Assembly (NCBI GenBank): GCA_951406725.2
Contig: OX597831.1
Coordinates: 42,780,001-42,844,000, forward strand
DNA: 64,000 nt
DNA from: Octopus vulgaris
Taxonomy: Eukaryota
Direction: 5' to 3'
Shown here in pieces: positions 30,006-43,970 of the stretch. Under the pieces are notes generated by a model. It saw only the letters and a program-made list of their open reading frames with translations, was not told the origin of the DNA and did no database searches. The first letter of the stretch is position 1. Every line of letters starts with the position of its first letter. The position numbers and the translations under genes are program-made.

Positions 30006-30414
30006 TAAATATATATATATTATGTATACATACATACATACATACATAATCGGTTACGACGACGAGGGTTCCAGTTGATCCGATCAACGGAACAGCCTGT
30101 TCATGAAATTAACGTGCAAGTGGCTGAGCACTCCACAGACACGTGTACCCTTAATGTAGTTCGCGGGGAGATTCAGCGGCACAACAGGAACAAGAAGAAA
30201 GTGTGAGAGAAATTTGTGGTGAAAGAGTACAGCAGGATTGGCCACCACCCACTGCCGGAGCTTCGTGGAGCTTTAGGTATTTTCGCTCATTAAACACTCA
30301 CGATTCCCGTCTGGGAATCGAAACCGCGATCCTACGACCGCACGTCCGCTGCCCTAACCACTGGTCCATTGCGCCTCCACACATACATAATACATACATG
30401 CATACATACATACA

Positions 30415-31150
30415 ACACAGAAGATATCACCCACATCATAAGCAGTTGTCCGAAAATGTATTCACAGAATTATCTACCCGATGAGACATGATGTTACTAA
30501 GACATGGAAGAATAATCCAAAGGACAAACAAATAAAAACCCACAGTATGGTAGAATCCAAATCCACTCATAATAAAAAGGAGTGCTGGTGGAATGTCCCA
30601 GTGAAGACCTCAATAATGATTTGGGATATAGAAAAGAAACTGTGCACAATTGTGGAAATTAGCTGCCCAGCGGATGTTAACATAAAGCTGAAGATCAGTG
30701 AAAAGGAGAACACCTATGCTGAACTATTGAGAAATCTGCAGTTACTCTATCCAGATTACAAGTTCAGGTTTATTACTGTAAATATTGGGGCCCTGGGATA
30801 TGAAATCTTGAGAAATTAGGCTTCTCAAAACCAGAAAATAGAAAACTAATTCGAAGGCTACAGATCCAGTCTATCACTGGAACTGTAAAAATCTGTAAAA
30901 CTTTCCAGAAGTTTATCATTTAAGTATATATGAGCATGTCTAGATATGCAACTATATGCATGAGAATACATACATAAAGCAAAACATACAAATCTGCATA
31001 CATACATACATACATACATACATACATACATACATACATACATACATACATACATACATACATACATACATACATACATACATCTATGTATCAACCTTGA
31101 ATCTAGGTTAGAAACCGGCTCTTTCTCTATTGGTAAGAAATCTTGAAATA
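30415..31150 (+). mobile_element. R4-like RLE retrotransposon 3' fragment embedded in (TACA)n
   Basis: HIISSCPK..RHD..WWNVPVKT..IVEISCPADVN..EKENTY..IGALGY..TVKICKTF; TACA repeats on both flanks. Confidence 0.85.
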
Positions 31151-31351
31151 AAACTGAACAATGACATACATATATACTGATACAGTCACTTTTGTGACCT
31201 CTATTAATTTTGCCTTTCGGTTCTAATTGCTAATAAGCCACCCTTCTAATTTGCTGTGTACACTTTCACTGTTTGGAAAATCAGCATTGGATTTAAACGG
31301 TGTTTCCTATAAGATTAACAAGGGAAGTTGAGTTTAACCCTAGGCGTCAAG

Positions 31352-31407
31352 AGCCGCTGATGAGAATTAAGGTGTTCTACACCAAAATTCGAAATTGCAA
31401 TACCGCT
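31352..31407 (+). ncRNA. Type I minimal hammerhead ribozyme candidate
   Basis: AGCCG-CTGATGA-GAATT[AA GGTG TTCTA CACC AA]AATTC-GAAA-TTGCAA-TA-CCGCT; intact core, one stem I mismatch. Confidence 0.65.
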
Positions 31408-31549
31408 ATGTACTCTCGGGACTTACCTCCCTTTGACAGTCGTTAATTTAGTGCTTTAGAGTTAATTTAACTCTTATTTTAGCATAAGCGGTACTGGTCA
31501 GCACCCTCTGTCACAACGGGTGTAATTACTTAGGCATCCTGGAAACAGA

Positions 31550-32800
31550 CCAAATGAAAGAGATGTTATCAAAGGAATATAAGCGGAGACTGAAATTGGT
31601 GTTAAAGACAAAGTTAAGATACTGGTTGTCAGCACATGGGCCGATGCCACTATAAGGTATATCGCTGGTGTGATAGATTGGAAAAGTGATGAACTTAGAA
31701 GCTTGATAAGAAAAATCAGGAAAATCATGACACTACAAGGGTCTCGCTGTTCTCCCCAAATGTGACGTGGACAGGTTGTATCTATCGTGACAGAGAGGGG
31801 AAAAGGTCTCGTTAGCTGTGAATTGTGTGTGAAATCTGAGGAAACTAATCTGGCATGGTATGTAAAGAATACAAAGGAGAGATTGGTGGCCGGAGTAAGA
31901 AAGATAAAAGTCCTAAGCCGTGATGAAGGACAGGAAAGGAAGAAATTAAACAAGACAGACAAAATGACACCTTGAATGGAGGGAAAGATATCAAAATGAT
32001 CAATTCTTGTAGAGAATGCCTGAGACAGTTGACAATGATCAGAGAATGAACTAGAAAAATGACTTGAAAGTTGAAATTGAAACCCTTGTCTTCTCAGCCT
32101 AAGAACAGGCACAGAGAAAGAACTAGACCAAGTTCAATATTGACAAGTCAGTGACTTCCCCACTTTGGAGGTTGCATGGTAAGAAAGATGGAACGACAAA
32201 CCCCATTATTAGTGAATGTAAGATGCTTGCACAGAAAGAGTATAAAAGAAGGCACGGCAACCTGGCCAGTTTGGTTCATTGGAAGCTCTATCATGAGCAT
32301 GACCTGAGCAGAGGTTAGAAACGTTATGAGCACCAGCCGGAAAGGGTTGCTGAAAATGAACAATATAAAATCTTGTGACCACCTTATTGTGACTAGAAAA
32401 CTTTACATTGTTGTTGTAGAAAAGAAGAACAAAGCAGTTATTGCGGTTATTTCTTCACCGTGGGACTACAGGGTGAATGAGAAAGAGGAAGTTGAGAAAT
32501 ATCAGGAGCTAAAGAAGGAAATCAGGAAATTATGGAGAATCAGACACTTAGATGTGGTACCTATTGTACTTGGTGAACTGGGAGCAATTAGTAAAAGATT
32601 GGATGCATGGCGCCAGAAGTTGGGAATTACCATCAGGATGGGATTGTTACAGAAAACAGGTTTGTTAAGAACAGCAAGGATTCTAAGGAGGGTGTCAGAA
32701 AGTTGGAGAAGGAGTGACTAGAAGACCTTTGGGCATTGACTACGGCTCGCTCTTTTGGTATAGTGTCCGTATAACGTCTACCAGAACAAAAACGCCTGGG
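31550..32800 (+). mobile_element. R4/Dong-clade retrotransposon remnant
   Basis: KCDVDRLYL, ISSPWDYRVNEKE..EKYQELKKEIRKLW..VVPIVLGELGAIS..LLQKTGLLRTARILRRV; (GAT)n(AAT)n tail. Confidence 0.85.
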
Positions 32801-32835
32801 ATGATGATGATGATGATGATGATGATAATAATAAT

Positions 32836-33351
32836 GCCCTGGTGCAGTACCAGACACTTGCTCTAATGGCTTTTGATCTTAATTGATTGGAAGTGTTATC
32901 ATGTATATGTTCTGTTTTGGTATAAAAGATGGGCTACTGCAAATATTCTATTCAATATCACAGATTTGTTTGTTAGTTGCTTGACCGTAAACAGTTGAGC
33001 AGCGGCTAACGATATGTGCATCTCTGATCACGAGCAGAAGTAGTGAGGTTGTATCATATTCATATGTTGAGAGGAATTCTTTGGGGTTTGAATAATTAAC
33101 CTCTGGAAGCATGGGTATTTTGTTCAATACCCTTAAACAACCCTTATTCATGGACCTATTGGGCGGGATGGGCTACTCGACCTGAAGAAAATTCTAACTG
33201 GGCCTCCTTCTGTAAGGTCATGCGTTGTTTGTCTTGATATGAGATACCATGTCGCACACATGTGCTTGTAATGCATGCGCCTGGTGTACCCTTATCGGGC
33301 TTCATATATTTTACCTCAATGTCACTTTGATGGCATGCGCTGCTCCGTCAC

Positions 33352-33353
<2 letters not shown>
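32836..33353 (+). mobile_element. Family C element (older copy)
   Basis: Revcomp of 11258-11811; (AAT)n on both sides. Confidence 0.85.
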
Positions 33354-33410
<57 letters not shown>

Positions 33411-33663
33411 CCTTTCTACTATAAGCACAAGACCTGAAATTTCGGGGGAAGGGGCTAGTCGATTACATCGGCCCCAGTACTCAACTGGTACTTAATTTAT
33501 CGACCCCGAAAGGATGAAAGGCCAAGTCAACCTCGAGAGAATTTGAACTCAGAAAGTGAAGACGAACGAAAAGCCGCTAAACATTTCGCCAGGCGTGCCA
33601 GTGATTCTGCTAGCTCACCGTCTTAATAATAATAACAACAACAACAACAACAATAATAATAAT

Positions 33664-33736
<73 letters not shown>

Positions 33737-33987
33737 GTAAGTTAATCTTATCGATTTGAACTCAGAATAAATACCGCAATGCATTTTAATCGACGCTAAA
33801 GCAACTATGCCACTCCACCGCCTTATTAATTCTACCGTTTCCACCGTGATCGACTTTATCCTTCATCCTTACAGAGTCGATAAAATATGTACCAGTTGTG
33901 AAATGCGGTCGATGTAATCAACTTACCCCCTCCCCCGAAATTTCAAGCCTTGTGTCTATAGCAGAAAGGATTATTATTATTATTATT

Positions 33988-34542
33988 GAGTGAGAGAGCA
34001 GTGCATGCCATCAAAGTGACACTGGGGTACAACTATGTGAAGCCCAGTATACCCATCATGACTACCCGTCTGATAAGGGTACACCAGGCATATGCATCAC
34101 AACCATATGTGCGCGACATGGTGATCTCATAACAAGATAAATAGCGCATGACCTTGCGGTTGGGGCCCAGTTAGAATTTTCTTCTGGTTGGGTAACCCAT
34201 CCCACTCAAAAGGTCCCTGATTAAGGGTTGTTTAAGGATGTTGGATGAAACACCCATGTTTCCAGAGGTGAATCATTCAAACCCCAAAGAATCCCTCTCA
34301 ACACATGGCTATGATGCTCCCCCACTACTTCTACTCGTGATCAGAGATGCACATATCGTCAGCCACTAAGGGACATGCTCAACTGGTTACGGTCAAATAA
34401 CTGACAAGCAAATCTGTGGTATTGAGCAGAATATTTGCTTTAGCCCATCTTTTATACCAAGACAAAACAATGTACATGATAACACTTCCAGTCAGTTAAG
34501 ATCAGAAGCCATGAGAGCCGCTGCCTGGTACTGCATCAGGGC
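33988..34542 (-). mobile_element. Family C element
   Basis: Near-identical to 11258-11811. Confidence 0.9.
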
Positions 34543-34574
<32 letters not shown>

Positions 34575-34576
34575 GA

Positions 34577-34920
34577 GTAAAGACTCCCTTTGGTCATGAA
34601 TGACCATGGGATGCACCTAGAAAGTTTCCCTCCGAGGAACAAGTCCAAGCAAGGTTGTGTTTTTTTTTATGGCAGACCAGCAGTCACCCATGCATACCAG
34701 CTCCCTCTCTCTCCACGCCACCGATTTTATCCAAGGGTAAGACAAAGGCTGATACAGCTTGGCACCAGTGATGTCACAACTCATTTCTATAACCGAGTGA
34801 ACTGGAGCAACATGAAATGAAGTGTCTTGCTCAAGAACACAACACACAGCCCGGTCCAGGAATCAGACTCACTACCACGTGAGTGTGAGCTTGACGCTCT
34901 AACCACTGAACCATGGACGA
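34577..34920 (-). mobile_element. CORE-type SINE family E
   Basis: Revcomp of 36078-36415. Confidence 0.8.
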
Positions 34921-34928
34921 TGCGTCTA

Positions 34929-34988
<60 letters not shown>

Positions 34989-35239
34989 GGAATTAGTCTA
35001 TCAAATCAATCTCCGTACATAGACGCAGTAATCCCATTATCATCATTTATTGTCGTATATTTTACGTTTCTTTCCCCAATGCGTAAATTATAAATCTGTA
35101 TCACAATAATTATTGTAAATATTATTCTGCTTGTCATAATGTGTTCGTATGTTACGCTTTCAACAACCTTAACTATGGAAACACTATTACGGACCCAATC
35201 GAAATTTTTAACATAGTGAAACTATAGTGTGAAGGACCC

Positions 35240-35271
<32 letters not shown>

Positions 35272-35389
35272 CACATATATATACATGCATGCATACATAC
35301 ACACACACATATACACATACACATACATATATACACATACATATATACATATATATACATACATGTATACATATACATACATACATACA

Positions 35390-35422
<33 letters not shown>

Positions 35423-35632
35423 GGACAAACATTGCAGTAACTGGCCTACTGACAATGTGTATACATTAAGTATGATACATACATCGCTATTTTAATTAAA
35501 TACTGTCTCAGTCGCGTATACCTGATTTTTAATCAGGCGAGCGGCTATTCGCAACGTCGGTGTTTTATTCATTGTTTTCCTTATATCAGAGACTTCGAAT
35601 TCTCGATTGAGAATGAGGCTGGCTGCGAATAT

Positions 35633-35675
35633 GCGTCAATGAAGAGGTCCCAAAAGGCCGAAATGCATCTGGTGC
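35633..35675 (+). ncRNA. Type I minimal hammerhead (C3->A variant, probably inactive)
   Basis: GCGTCA-ATGAAGA-GGTC(CCAAAA)GGCC-GAAA-TGCA-TC-TGGTGC; stems pair (with G-U), palindromic TGCA loop 3. Confidence 0.6.
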
Positions 35676-35993
35676 TCTAGCTGGTCGCAGCTGGAATATA
35701 TTCTTGTCTCTCTTTTATATTTATCGTGGGGCGTTTTTTCATACAGCGTGTCCATAAGTGATGTTATCACTGGAAAAATACTGCAGTAACTGGCCTATCA
35801 ATAGTGTATATACATTAAGTATAATAATAGATGGCTCTCTTTCCCCCTCTCTCTCTCTCTCTCTAAATATATATGTATGTGTGTGTGTGTGTGTGCATGT
35901 GTGTGTATGTATACATACAAACACACACACACGTAAATATAAATATATTGGCCTGGTTTCAAACACTATTAATCGTGGCTCTTCTACTACAGC

Positions 35994-36051
<58 letters not shown>

Positions 36052-36077
36052 GGTGGTGGTGGTGGTGGTGGTGAGAT

Positions 36078-36415
36078 GAAGGCGCATGGTTCAGTGGTTA
36101 GAGTGTTGGGCTCACAATCACGTGTTAGTGAGTTCCTTTCCCCGGACCGGGCTGTATGTTGTGTTCTTGAGCAAGACACTTTACTTCACGTTGCTCCAGA
36201 TCACTCATCTGTAGAAATGAGTTGCGACGTCACTGGTGCCAAGCTGTATCGGCCTTTACCTTTCCCTTGGAAAATATCAATGGCGTGGAGAAGGGAGGCT
36301 GGTATGCATGGGCGACTGCTGGTCTTCCATAAACAACCTTGTCCAGACTTGTGCTTTGGAGAGAAACTTTCTAGGTGCAATCCTATGGTCATTCATGACC
36401 GAAGGGGTTTCTTTA
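36078..36415 (+). mobile_element. CORE-type SINE family E
   Basis: Head as D/F; tail GTCACTGGTGCCAAGCTGTATC...GGTCATTCATGACCGAAGGG. Confidence 0.8.
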
Positions 36416-37562
36416 ACCTTTTTAGTAGTAGTAGTGAAATTTTGGTGTGAAAAGGGTTAGCCGATTAAATCAGCCTTGAATTTTCATATCTTAAGGTACA
36501 AGAAAAAGGAATTTTCTTTTCTTTTGTGTGTGTGTGTGGAGAGAGAGAGAGAGAGAGAGAGCTCGGTGGAGGGGACTATTTTGATAATTTTGTTTTGCAT
36601 AACAGAAATTGCGATTCAGAAATATTCTCCCAATGAATTTGAATTTCAATTGTTTTTCACATTTTTTAAAACGCTAAACCCACCCCGTCGCACTTCTGTA
36701 TTTTTTTTTTCCTGTCCCATAAGGTACAAGACTTCGATTAACGCCTCTCCCAAAACCTATGTCGTTCTATCGACGTTGGAAGGACGGCATAATACTAAGT
36801 CAGAACCAAGACAGTATTTGAACACTGAACGTAAAGGACAGTGAATAAACTGCCGCATAAGCATTTTATCCGACTCTCTGACGATTCTAAGAAAAGACAA
36901 ATACAATTTCTTAATTTGACATAAGGACAACAAAATAGAACATTTCAATTCGGTACAATATAATCCTTTCTTATTTTGGCACAAGGCCAGCAAACTTGAG
37001 AGGTGTGGAAGTCAATGACATCGTCACTAGGGTTCAACACGTTCTTGTTTTATCGATCTCGTAAGGATGAAAGGCAAGGTCGACCTCGGCGGTATTTGCA
37101 CTCAGAACGTAAAGCCGGGAGTACAATGTGTTAATACACTGAAATAATTAAGCACTTGTTTCGGGTGGTATCACAACTATAAGGGGACAACACAGCTATT
37201 CCTCGTTTTATATTACCATTTTTTCGTTTCTTCTTCTTTTTTTTTTTTTTTCTGTTTCCGTATTATTCTTTAAAATGCTGCGATTTGTAAGGAAGCCATT
37301 CCTCCAGACGGTAAATGATATATCTTGATAGATAGAGCGATCGATAAACAGATAGGTAAGATAAACTGACCGAAACTTCGAAGTTACTATCAATACTATT
37401 CTTAGTAACGAATAATAGATTTATACTCTACCAAAAGTATTGTGTAATCCTTAAGTTTGATACTAAAATGCTCTTTATTTTTTATTATAACAAAGACAAA
37501 CATTAATATACAAACACATACATATGACAGACAGACAAACTTATACATACATGTATATGTAT

Positions 37563-37594
<32 letters not shown>

Positions 37595-37889
37595 TGTATG
37601 TATGTATGTATGTATGTATGTATTATGTATGTATGCATGCATGTATTATGTATGTATGCATGCATATATTATGTGTCTGTGTTTGTGTGTGAAGTATATT
37701 TGAGGTTCCGGAAAAATATCTAAGAAGACTACCACCGTTCAACAAAAGAATTCAATACTTAATTATGTAGAGTGTATATATATATTTATTTATTAATAAA
37801 GACATACTGATGCATTTGGGACACTTGTACAAATGTAACGCGTGCAACAGGTATTTAATTATTAATGTATGTATATACATACAAAACAT

Positions 37890-37938
<49 letters not shown>

Positions 37939-38012
37939 CGCCCATAAAAACATACACATACATATATAAAGATATATGTGCATAGATAGATAAATAGATA
38001 TACACCCATACA

Positions 38013-38076
<64 letters not shown>

Positions 38077-38158
38077 GGTCCCGGGTTGATTCGGGGTTAA
38101 CCACAGTAAATAAGGTACTCAATACATAGCAGAGTAAAATTAATTTATTATATAGAAG

Positions 38159-38208
38159 GAGCTTCTACAGGACTAGAACTGTTTCATTCAAGAGAAATCT
38201 TCAGGAAG

Positions 38209-38211
<3 letters not shown>
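38159..38211 (-). ncRNA. Type I hammerhead ribozyme candidate in a ~140-bp insert within (TA)n
   Basis: GAGCTTC-CTGAAGA-T TTC(TCTT)GAA T-GAAA-CAG(TTCTAGTC)CTG-TA-GAAGCTC; perfect 7-bp stem I, GUA site, U-U mismatch at the base of stem II. Confidence 0.65.
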
Positions 38212-38269
<58 letters not shown>

Positions 38270-38285
38270 GTATATATATATATAT

Positions 38286-38386
<101 letters not shown>

Positions 38387-38975
38387 CATACATATGCACA
38401 CACATTGTGTGTGTGTGTGGATTTATGTATGTATAGGGAGAAAAGAGCGACGAAAACAAGACAGGCAAATAAACAGACTGACCCCTCAGATTTAGATAAA
38501 TAAAATAGGGGCACCCCCCCCCCACAAAAAAAAAAGCAACTAAAAAAGTTAACTCTTTTCCCCAATAGGTCAATCAAGTTAAGTCTATCTCGTATTAAAT
38601 TGTAGGTCAAACAACAAACCGCAAATAGGCATAAATACATATGGTGGACAGGTGGTAGGTATATACATGAATAGAAAATAGTGTATATATGGTGTATAGT
38701 ATATGTGTATATTTATATATGTGTATGTTTATATATGTGTATGAGAGTGTATGTGTATCTGTGAGTGTGTGTGAAGCTGGTAGGACAAAGACATGGGGCA
38801 TCGATAAACTGTATGGTAAGAAGCTTGCTTTCTAGCCACATGGTTCCGAGTTCAGTCCCACTACGTGGCACCTTGGGCAAGTGTCTTCTGCTATAGCATC
38901 GGGTCCACCAAAGTGAATGTATTTAGTAGACGGAAACAGAAAGAAGACTGTCGTGTGTGTGTGTGTATATATGTG

Positions 38976-39060
<85 letters not shown>

Positions 39061-39332
39061 GTATATATACACACACACGTTTATGAATTTGTTTTGCAAG
39101 ATTCTTGATGTGAAGTCGTGCATTGAAACAGATATCGTTGTATTTCGGGATGGCCATTTTTTTGTGTGTTTATTTGGAAAAAAAAATCCCGAAATACAAC
39201 AATATATATATATATGTGTGTGTGTATATATAAGCGTATATATACATACATACGTACATACAAACACACATATAGTTATAGTATATTCTGTTAAGAACGT
39301 AGTAGACTATATATATGTATACATATACATGA

Positions 39333-39366
<34 letters not shown>

Positions 39367-39563
39367 GTGTATAGGTATGTATGCGTATATATGTTTATAT
39401 ATATATATATATACGCGCGCGCACGTGCCCCCCCCCACATACACCCTCTACATACACACACACATACATTTATACATAGATACCTACAAATACAAACATG
39501 AATGAGTACTCAAAACGAAATAATGACAGCATTTATAAAGACATTTTATATATTTATATATAT

Positions 39564-39673
<110 letters not shown>

Positions 39674-40055
39674 AATATATATATATATATACTTTTATAC
39701 TTATATATAAATATATACATATATGTGTGTGTGTATATATATATATATATAATGTACAGACATATATATACATGCATAATATGACATACAATTATGTATG
39801 TGTATGTAGGCTGAATATGTGCGAAAAGAGAAGTCAGTGAAAAAGGTGAGAGAGAACATCATAACAAATTACTAACAAGACTGAATTTCTACAAAACATT
39901 TACCATCATTAACGAAATAATAATAATCATAATAATAATAATAATAATAATGATGATAGAACCGATTGGTATTGTTATTGTTATTATTAATATTATTCTT
40001 ACATGGCAATCAAGAACGGAAGCAAACGTGAGATAACTAGAAATGTCAAACTCAC

Positions 40056-40089
40056 CAGTCTTATAACGCTGGCTATTATTTTTCTTGTG
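40056..40089 (-). other. Candidate 34-nt (probably 5'UTR) exon of a minus-strand gene
   Basis: Minus-strand acceptor TTTCCTGTTTCAG, donor CTG|GTGAGT; upstream donor GCG|GTAAGA at 40195 gives a 106-nt intron. Confidence 0.4.
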
Positions 40090-41216
40090 CTGAAACAGGA
40101 AATCTATCTTGATATATTATTTATATATATATATATTTATATACGTGTATATATATATAAGTCTGTCTTTCTGTCTCTCTCTGCCACAGTCTTACCGCGT
40201 ATTTAATATATTTTATAATATAATAATAATAATAATAATATAGATTTTTTTTTTAGTCTAAATTACTATTTACATATATACATATATATATCTATATATA
40301 TACACACATACGTTTTATTGGTTTGAATTTATGTGTATGCATGTATATATACACACATGTCCGAATATATATAGCCTTGTCTTGTTTTGTGTTATATCTT
40401 TAATGTTTTTGTTCTTTTTTCTCTCTTTTTTTTTCTCTTGTTCCTCCACTATCTCATGGTCGTCTTTTGCTTTCTGGTTTTTGTTGTTATACTTTTGCTA
40501 TGTTGTATGAAAGCCTATACAGAAAGTCAGTTCACAAAATTCTAGTTTGTGGTGGCTTATCAATCAAGTCTTTATCTGTCTCTCTATCTGTCTTCTTGTC
40601 TGTCTTTCTGTCTGTCTACTCGTCTAACTGTGGCCTGTCCTCTTGGATCGCTTTGAGGTGGAAGAACGATCTAACGTTAAGAATCTCAACCACCGCTTCT
40701 GTATATCTCTCTCTCTCTCTCCTTCTCACACTCTCACTCCCTCTCTCACATAATACATCTCCCTCTCTCTCTCTCACTCTATCTCACTCCTCTCTCTTTC
40801 TCTGTCTCTCTCTCTCTCTCTCTCTGTTTTTCTTTATTTGTTTCTCTTTTATCTTCGCAAGCTAGTAGCTCTAGTAGCACCACACAAACAATGCAGCCTC
40901 CATCATCAGGAGTACGAAACATTAATTAACCACATAACGATATCAAGTTATATCACTATCATATATATGGCTCATACGTATTGATGCATACACACAGAAA
41001 CACACACACACACACACACATACACGAACCAATACGCTTACATACACACACACACACGTACACACACATACTCCCGCGCTCGCTCGCGTGTATATATATA
41101 TATATTTATATATCGTCCATTGTACAAACAAGCTAACATTTGCATGCACGCGTATACACACGCGCATATAAACACTCGAAATAGATGGAATGAAAGAGGA
41201 AGAAAAGGATAAAGAT

Positions 41217-41250
<34 letters not shown>

Positions 41251-41771
41251 TGTGTGTGTGTGTGTGTGTGTTTGTGTGCGTGCGTGTGTGTGTGTGTGCG
41301 TGTGTGTGTGTGTGTGTGCGTGCGTGCGTGTGTGTGTGTGTCTGTGTGTGTATGTGTCTGTGTGTGTGTGTGTGGTGATAGATGAGAGAGTGAAATCTGA
41401 ATGAGGAACTTGAGAGAGAGAGAAAGAGAGAGAGAGAGAGACGAAGAGAATGAAAGAAACGAAGAGAGAAAGGAAGAGAGAGAGAGAGAGAAGGGATAGG
41501 CGAGTAAGATTTTTCTTTATACTTTTTATACACATTCACTCACATTTACACAAACATAGACACATACACACACAGGCACATACACATAGACACACACATA
41601 CACACGCACACAGATTTAAGGAAACTGGATGCTAGCGAAAAAAAGAGGTGGGAGGGAAAAGAAAGAGGAGAGTGTGGAGAAGTGAGAGGTGAGAAAAGGA
41701 GAGAAATTAAAGAAAAAGGGAGAGAGAAAAAGATGGGGGAGGACAATATCTAAAAAAGTGAGTGAGAGAGA

Positions 41772-41809
<38 letters not shown>

Positions 41810-41839
41810 CTAAAAAAGTGAGTGAGAGAGAGTGTGAGA

Positions 41840-41894
<55 letters not shown>

Positions 41895-42094
41895 AGAGAG
41901 GGAGAGAAATGTCTTGAAGGGTTTTCGAAAGAGAATTACAGTCTGAATAAGAGGGTTGTAAATGAGTGAGTAACAGTAGGAGGGAATGGGCTTATTAATA
42001 CAAACGTACACACACACACATAACATGCTCAGACACACAGCGTACACACATACACATATCCAGGCGTGCGCACGCACAAACACACTCGTTTATA

Positions 42095-42270
42095 TGCGCG
42101 CAGGTACGCGGTTGCACCGATGCAACAATCAATGGAATAAGAAATAATGGTTACCGCCTCCCACGCTGCTTCAGCGTTTGGCTGTCAGTGCGCATGCTCG
42201 ATTCGTATCGATCTCCATCTTTGATGACACGTCATTGACGTCATCACTGTTACTTCTCGTCTCGTTTCTT
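42095..42270. promoter_or_regulatory. Candidate promoter
   Basis: Unique CpG-containing stretch with NRF1-like TGCGCATGCT (42189), YY1-like CCATCTT (42215), palindromic CRE TGACGTCA (42236-42243). Confidence 0.5.
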
Positions 42271-42584
42271 CTCTTCTCCTGCAATCTAAACAAAAACATC
42301 AAATCTGATGACAATAAACAAACAGATAAACAAACTAACAATTAAATAAATAAATTATATATATGGAAGAAATAAATGAAATAAATAAAACGACCATGTG
42401 ATTATGAAGTTCTCTTAACCGTTTAATGGTTTCGGGTTCTATTTCATAGCGAAGTACTTCGTGCAAGTATCTTCTTCAAACGATATCTTCAGGCTGATCC
42501 ACAGCCTTGTTTAGAAAAATTTTGTAAATGGAAATTGTGTAGAAGTCCGTCGAAGAGAACATTTTTCTTCTGGGGTACTGTTGT

Positions 42585-42786
42585 AGATGTGTAGTGAAAA
42601 GCTTGCTTCTCAACCACATGGTTCCGGGTTCAGTCTCACTGCGTGGCACCTTGGGCAAGTGCTTTCTACTATAGCATCGAGCCGACCCATGCCTTGTGAG
42701 TAGATTTGGTAGACGGAAACTGAAAGAAGCCTGTCGCATATGTCTGTATGTCTATCTATCTATCTATCTGTCTATCTACCTATCTA

Positions 42787-42825
<39 letters not shown>

Positions 42826-42854
42826 ATTTGTCTATTTGTCTCTCTGTCTGTGTG

Positions 42855-42923
<69 letters not shown>

Positions 42924-43125
42924 TGCACCACCGCTTGACAGCCTGTGTTGGTGTGGTTACGTTCCCGTAACTTAGCGGTTCCGCAAAAGAGAACGACAGA
43001 ATAAGTACCAACCTTTAAAAAAAATTATGCACTGCGATCGCTTCGTTCGACTAAAATTCTACAAGGCGGTGCCCCAGCATGGCCGCGGTCTAGTAACTGA
43101 AACAAGTAAAAAATTAAAGATAAAA
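42585..43125 (+). mobile_element. SINE family A copy
   Basis: Family match; internal (TCTA)n(TCTG)n(TG)n. Confidence 0.85.
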
Positions 43126-43399
43126 GCTATCGCTTTGTTGAACACTGCCAATTAATATAGTGAAGGTGTGCGGCCTACTAATTTGAGAGTTGATAACAGC
43201 GATCACAAATAAGGTCGTAGTTTCGATCCTAAACAGGACGGTGCTGTGCTTTCTCTTCATTTCATGTTGTTACTGTCGACAGCTGAATCGACAGTAAAAA
43301 GATGAAATTCAGCGGGATATCAGTTTGTCGCAGGATTAGCATAGCGGTTCGACAAAAGAGTCCAATTCAATGAGTACCTGTTTTCGTTAACCCTTTCTT

Positions 43400-43652
43400 T
43401 ACTGCAGCCATGCTGGGGCACCAACATAAAAGGTTTTAGTCGAACGAATCGATTCCAGTACCTATTTTTAGGTCTATCAGTTACTTTGGCCGAACTGCTA
43501 AGTTACAGGGACATAGACAAACCAACACCAGTTGTCAAGCTGTGGTGCCGAGCAAACACAAAGACATGTACACATGTGTATGTATGTATGTATGTATGTG
43601 TCTGTATGTATGTGTATCTGTCTGTCTGTATGTATGTATGTATGTATGTATG

Positions 43653-43683
<31 letters not shown>

Positions 43684-43719
43684 GTATGTATGTATGTATG
43701 TACGTACGTACGTACGTAC

Positions 43720-43750
<31 letters not shown>

Positions 43751-43970
43751 TGTATGTATGTATGTATGCATGCATGCATGTATGTAGGTATGTATAAGAC
43801 GGGCTTCTTTCAGTTTCCGTCTTCCAAGTCCACTCACAAAGCAAGTCTACTCATAAGGCTTGGTCATGCCGGAGATATAGTGGATGACATTTGCCCAAGT
43901 TACCATGCAGTGGAACTGAACGCGAAACCATGCGGTTGGAAGGCAAACTTTTTACCACGCAGTCATGCCT
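43400..43970 (-). mobile_element. SINE family A copy (older)
   Basis: Family match; internal (TATG)n. Confidence 0.75.
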
